DNA of 64,000 nt from NCBI GenBank assembly GCA_030654195.1, contig JAURXV010000053.1, positions 16,958 through 80,957 on the forward strand, in the 5' to 3' direction. Below, piece after piece: positions 60,279 to 64,000 of the stretch. Position 1 is the stretch's first letter. Each line of letters opens with the position of its first letter. Position numbers and translations under genes: made by a program. This DNA is from Syntrophales bacterium. Lineage in GTDB: Bacteria > Desulfobacterota > Syntrophia > Syntrophales > UBA5619. The notes beneath the pieces are model-generated. The model had not been told where the DNA came from, made no database searches, and worked only from the letters and a program-made list of their open reading frames with translations.

Positions 60279-60770
60279 ATGGGCTTTAAGGCCGTTGTCA
60301 TCACGATCAGCGACCGGGGATCGCGAGGCGAGCGCGAGGACACAAGCGGACCGGAGATCGTCGGACTGCTCCGGCAAATTGGAATGGAGATTGTCGGACT
60401 GCGGATCATCCCCGACGAAAAGGAGTTGATCCGCCGCTCCCTGATCGAATGGAGCGATGGTGATAAAACCGACCTGATCGTGACGACGGGCGGCACCGGC
60501 GTCAGTCCGCGGGATGTAACGCCGGATGCGACGCGGGAGGTGATCGATCGGGAGATCCCGGGAATGGCGGAAGAGATGAGACGCCGGAGCGCGGCCATCA
60601 CCCCCCACGCGATGATTTCACGCGCCGTGGCCGGTATTCGTGGCCGGACCCTGATCATCAACCTTCCCGGCAGTCCAAAAGGTGCGATGGAAAATCTCGG
60701 TTTTCTGCTGCCCGCCCTTGCACACGCGATCGAAAAGATCAAGGGCGACACTCGAGACTGCGCTTCCTGA
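60279..60770 (+). CDS. mog: Molybdenum cofactor biosynthesis protein (MogA/MoaB family)
   Basis: ATG 60279, 1 nt after the EF-G stop. VITISDRGS...VTTGGTGVSPRDVTPDAT...INLPGSPKG are MoCF_biosynth domain motifs. Confidence 0.8.
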   Translation: MGFKAVVITISDRGSRGEREDTSGPEIVGLLRQIGMEIVGLRIIPDEKELIRRSLIEWSDGDKTDLIVTTGGTGVSPRDVTPDATREVIDREIPGMAEEMRRRSAAITPHAMISRAVAGIRGRTLIINLPGSPKGAMENLGFLLPALAHAIEKIKGDTRDCAS

Positions 60771-61212
60771 GGGCCTCTTCGACATGCCGGCGGTGCGTTC
60801 CCGGCCAGAAGATCCCGTTGCAGCAGGGACATCTTCGAAACCGTGGGTATTTTTCATAGACATAGGCCGGAACGAGGCCTTCTACCCGTTCCTTGGCAAC
60901 CTCTTCCATAAGCTCGTTGCAGCGCAGGCAGCGGGTCATCCGTCTTGCCGGATCCGGCTCCAGAGCCAGCGCCTCCAGAACCTCGCCGATCTGCTCTGCG
61001 ACATGGTCGGCTTTCACCACGACGAGACGCCCCGGAGCGGAGAGTCCGGCGAGATCGCGCTTGCGGGTAAGGGCGATCCTCCCCTCTTCCCCGGCCTTCT
61101 TGAGAAAGCTCCGATCCGCATTCCCCCGTTCATACAGGGTGTCATACCCGAGAATCCGGAGCCACTTTGCCAGTTTACCCAGATTGCAATCCGCGGCGAA
61201 TCTTGCCCCCAT
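60739..61212 (-). CDS. Mut7-C RNase-domain protein (DUF82: PIN-like domain + zinc ribbon)
   Basis: 157 aa. FAADCNLGKLAKWLRILGYDT... together with the C-terminal Cys pairs RCLRCN...RCPCCN. Confidence 0.72.
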   Translation of the reverse strand: MGARFAADCNLGKLAKWLRILGYDTLYERGNADRSFLKKAGEEGRIALTRKRDLAGLSAPGRLVVVKADHVAEQIGEVLEALALEPDPARRMTRCLRCNELMEEVAKERVEGLVPAYVYEKYPRFRRCPCCNGIFWPGTHRRHVEEALRKRSLECRP

Positions 61213-61218
61213 GGCGCC

Positions 61219-61989
61219 TCACTCCCCGGGCAAAAAGCGATTCAGTGCAAAGCGGCCGTCATGGCAAGAGAGGCAGGAGTCGTTGGCAATCCAGTCGCCC
61301 AGCGTCGCAAAGGTCTTTCGTCTTCCGTCGTAAATCGCCTCGCGGAGAATCGTCTTATGACAATGGCCGAGGATCACGGCATCGTATCCTTCCTGAAATT
61401 TCCCAAGGGCAAACCGGTGCATGATTTCCGCCAGACGGTCCTGGGACTCCCCGGACATCTCCTTGCTCATCTCCGAACTGAGACGGGCCAGCCGCCAGAG
61501 CAGCTTCAGCGGAAGCAGCCGCTGAAGAGCACGGGAAAATCGGCTTCGCAGGAATCTTCGGAGCGCCAGATATTTCCGGTTGCCCCGGTCCACCGTATCC
61601 CCGTGGGAAACGAGAACACGGAGGCCGTCGATTTCAAACTCCGCCCATTCCGGATAGACCTCGATCCCAAGCCTTCCTGTAAAATAATCGCCCAGAAAAA
61701 AATCGTGGTTCCCCTCGCAGAGGCAGATTCGGACGCCCTGCTGTTTCAAGACCGCGATTCTGTTGATCACCGGCTGGAAACCGGGATAGACGGCATCCCC
61801 TCTCCCGAACCAGAAATCGAAGAAATCGCCGGCGATGACCAGGTGGTCAACGACAAGTGCATCGGCAGAAATCGGCCTGCCGCCGTCATCCCCCCTTCCC
61901 CGGAGCCGGTCCAAAAAACGGATCAGCTTCGGATAGGCGGCATCGCCGGGGCCTTTCAAATGGGCGTCGGAGAGGAAGATCGCCCTCAT
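61219..61989 (-). CDS. LpxH-family metallophosphoesterase (UDP-2,3-diacylglucosamine diphosphatase-like)
   Basis: 256 aa. FLSDAHL...IAGDFFDFWFG...EGNHDF...SHGD...GHCH calcineurin-like motifs in the LpxH order. Confidence 0.7.
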   Translation of the reverse strand: MRAIFLSDAHLKGPGDAAYPKLIRFLDRLRGRGDDGGRPISADALVVDHLVIAGDFFDFWFGRGDAVYPGFQPVINRIAVLKQQGVRICLCEGNHDFFLGDYFTGRLGIEVYPEWAEFEIDGLRVLVSHGDTVDRGNRKYLALRRFLRSRFSRALQRLLPLKLLWRLARLSSEMSKEMSGESQDRLAEIMHRFALGKFQEGYDAVILGHCHKTILREAIYDGRRKTFATLGDWIANDSCLSCHDGRFALNRFLPGE

Positions 61990-62301
61990 GCCCGCCCCCC
62001 CCGCGGGAAAAGCTTCCGCAAACGGCGATGTGCTGTCGAAAAAACGGTCCTGTCCATGACCGGGCGTCTATCAGATTTGCCGCTTCCTTTCAAGACAAGA
62101 AATGGGGACTTTTTTCTGTTCCCACTCCCCGGGGTACGCGCGATATCCGTCCATTCACCGGTCCGATCTGCTTTTTGCAGGTCGGACATCGGGCTGCGTC
62201 GCTGGAAAATCCGTTGACAAGGCTCTTAGCAATCCGATAGAAGAACTACGGTGCGCTGACCGTCCGCTGCGCGGAAAAAATCACGACGGAAGGGGATTTT
62301 A

Positions 62302-62982
62302 TTGACAGGGACCTTTGTTAATGCGGGGGCGATACTTGCCGGAGCCTTGGTCGGCCTGGCTGCCGGGAAACACCTTCCTGAACGACTCAAGACCACCGTC
62401 ATGCAGGGACTCGGCCTTTCGGTGATCCTGATCGGACTGCAAATGGCTCTTTCCGGGAAGGAGTCTCTAACGGCCATCGGCTGTCTCTTGTCGGGCGCCG
62501 TGACCGGCGAACTCCTCCGCATCGAGCAGGGGGTGGAACGCGTCGGCGAGTGGCTCAAAGCGCGGACCGGCTCGGATTCTTCAACCTTCGTCCAGGGGTT
62601 CGTCTCCGCCTCGATCCTCTATCTGACCGGTGCGATGATGATCGTCGGCTGCATCCAGGACGGCACCGTGGGCGATACGCGCACCCTCTACATCAAATCC
62701 CTCCTCGACGGCGTGACCTCCGTCGCGCTGGCCTCGACCCTGGGGGCGGGGGTGGCCTTCTCGGCCCTCTCCGTGCTGCTGGTCCAGGGCGCCGTCACGC
62801 TGCTGGCTTCGCACCTCGACTTCCTTCGCGAACCGGCGGTCCTCAGCGCCGTAACCGCGACCGGCGGTCTCATCATCCTCGGTATCGGCATAAACCTCCT
62901 GAACCTGGCCCGGATACGCATCGGCAATTTTCTCCCGGCCCTCTTCTACGCCATTGCCTGGGCCGCTTTCTTTGCCGGATAG
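62302..62982 (+). CDS. DUF554 family membrane protein
   Basis: 226 aa, TTG start per the ORF track. GTFVNAGAILAGALVG...GAMMIVGCIQDG...SLLDG is typical of DUF554/YdfK-like proteins (recollection). Confidence 0.7.
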   Translation: MTGTFVNAGAILAGALVGLAAGKHLPERLKTTVMQGLGLSVILIGLQMALSGKESLTAIGCLLSGAVTGELLRIEQGVERVGEWLKARTGSDSSTFVQGFVSASILYLTGAMMIVGCIQDGTVGDTRTLYIKSLLDGVTSVALASTLGAGVAFSALSVLLVQGAVTLLASHLDFLREPAVLSAVTATGGLIILGIGINLLNLARIRIGNFLPALFYAIAWAAFFAG

Positions 62983-63073
62983 GCGGCGACGATCCCCCTT
63001 CGGACTGAAAGCTTGCAGGAGTACACAGCGGGTATCGCCATTCCGGACCCTTTTCATGGCTCAAAATATCTCA

Positions 63074-63102
63074 TTGACACACGAGGCCGTTCGCCATATG
63101 TT
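63074..63102 (+). promoter_or_regulatory. Sigma70-type promoter candidate for the AOR gene
   Basis: TTGACA (63074-63079), 17-nt spacer, TATGTT (63097-63102), 44 nt upstream of the ATG. Confidence 0.4.
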
Positions 63103-63145
63103 TCCAACAATATTACGCAATACCTGATCAGCAAAGGATAAAATC

Positions 63146-64000
63146 ATGTTTGGATATAATGGGAAAATACTCCGCATCAACCTGTCGACCCGGCGACATT
63201 CCGTCGAAAAGCCATCCGAAGATTATTACAAACTTTATCTCGGCGGCCGGGGAATCATTATCCATACGCTGTTGACTGAAGTATCCCCGGGAATAGACCC
63301 ACTGGGGCCGGACAACAAGCTCATTTTCGCCCTCGGTCCGTTGACGGGAAATCCTCTGCCGGGAAGCGGAAGAAATAGCGTCGGGGCAAAATCACCTTTG
63401 ACGGGCGGATTTGGGGAAGCAGAGGCTGGAGGATTCTGGGGCGCCGAACTCAAGCGTTCCGGATATGACGCAATCATCGTTGAAGGGGCGTCCTCTGTTC
63501 CCGTTTATCTCTGGATCAACCGTGGCGAAATTGAAATCCGTGAGGCCGGCCATTTATGGGGTCTGGAAATAGCCGATGCCGATGCTGCAATCAAGAAGGA
63601 GCTTGGCAGCGATAAAATCCGAATCGCATTGATCGGTCCCGGTGGAGAAAAACTGATCCGCTATGCCTGCATTGCAAACGACATTACCCATGTCGCCGGA
63701 CGAACCGGACTCGGCGCCGTCATGGGCTCCAAGAAATTGAAGGCAATAGCCGTCCGGGGCGAAACCCCGCCTGAAGTGGCTGATCAAAAGAAAATGATGG
63801 GGCTTGCCCGGTGGATGGGAAAGAACTTCAAGGAAAAAGCATCCAACTATTACCATATTGGCACGGGATCCACCATGATACAATACGAAATCTCCGGCAA
63901 TTTGCCGATTCGAAACTTTAATGGCGGCAGATTTCCCGGCGTGGAACAGATCACCCCTCAGCAGTTGTTTGAAAAGGGCTATGTGAAGAAAAGGGAGACC
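63146..64000 (+). CDS. Aldehyde:ferredoxin oxidoreductase family tungsto/molybdo-enzyme (5' part, runs off window)
   Basis: Not in the ORF track because no stop falls in the window. My translation from ATG 63146 reads MFGYNGKILRINLSTRRHSVEKPSEDYYKLYLGGRGIIIHTLLTEVSPGIDPLGPDNKLIFALGPLTGNPLPGSGRNSVGAKSPLTGGFGEAEAGGFWGAELKRSGYDAIIVEGAS, the canonical AOR N-terminal domain. Confidence 0.88.
   Translation, partial: MFGYNGKILRINLSTRRHSVEKPSEDYYKLYLGGRGIIIHTLLTEVSPGIDPLGPDNKLIFALGPLTGNPLPGSGRNSVGAKSPLTGGFGEAEAGGFWGAELKRSGYDAIIVEGASSVPVYLWINRGEIEIREAGHLWGLEIADADAAIKKELGSDKIRIALIGPGGEKLIRYACIANDITHVAGRTGLGAVMGSKKLKAIAVRGETPPEVADQKKMMGLARWMGKNFKEKASNYYHIGTGSTMIQYEISGNLPIRNFNGGRFPGVEQITPQQLFEKGYVKKRET

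Noticed and set aside
61986-62189. 67-aa minus-strand ORF overlapping the LpxH-like start by 4 nt
   Set aside because: The overlap looks like translational coupling. However, the product is a basic, low-complexity peptide without motifs, and it lies in a region that also holds a candidate promoter for the divergent DUF554 gene. Evidence is insufficient.

Overview
GC-rich bacterial chromosomal segment. Gene content and synteny look deltaproteobacterial or Thermodesulfobacteriota-like, but that is inference only. All calls come from reading the ORF translations and DNA by eye; no searches were run.

Layout:
- 1-10137 (minus strand): a peptide/nickel-type ABC importer operon with an embedded MmgE/PrpD-family gene, then an OpuC/OsmU-type quaternary-amine ABC importer.
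- 10372-31812 (accessory region, the main point of interest): a bifunctional glutamate formimidoyltransferase-cyclodeaminase, followed by a large corrinoid-dependent methyl-transfer island. The island holds 2 TRAP transporters, 3 URO-D/MtaA-type methyltransferases (two fused CmuA-style to a corrinoid domain), 1 free corrinoid protein, 2 pterin-binding methyl-THF methyltransferases, 2 DUF1638 proteins, a LarA-N-like protein, a GntR/FCD regulator and one reductive activator (RACE). It carries clear duplication and truncation scars and ends at a tRNA-Pro.
- 31975-64000 (housekeeping, mostly minus strand): rdgB, amidase, rel, proS, ispG, purF-like, aminotransferase, coaD, rsmD, asd, pssA, psd, tsaB, rseP, dxr, cdsA, uppS, frr, pyrH, tsf, rpsB, argJ, secA, M23 peptidase, EF-G2-like, mog, Mut7-C, LpxH-like, DUF554 and the start of an aldehyde:ferredoxin oxidoreductase.

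The housekeeping block is peppered with two small dispersed repeat families. GGGGACA...TGTCCCC palindromes include one copy in-frame inside a CDS and copies that supply C-termini and stop codons. The second family is heptanucleotide AGTGCTN tandem arrays.

No CRISPR array, rRNA, integrase or transposase was seen.
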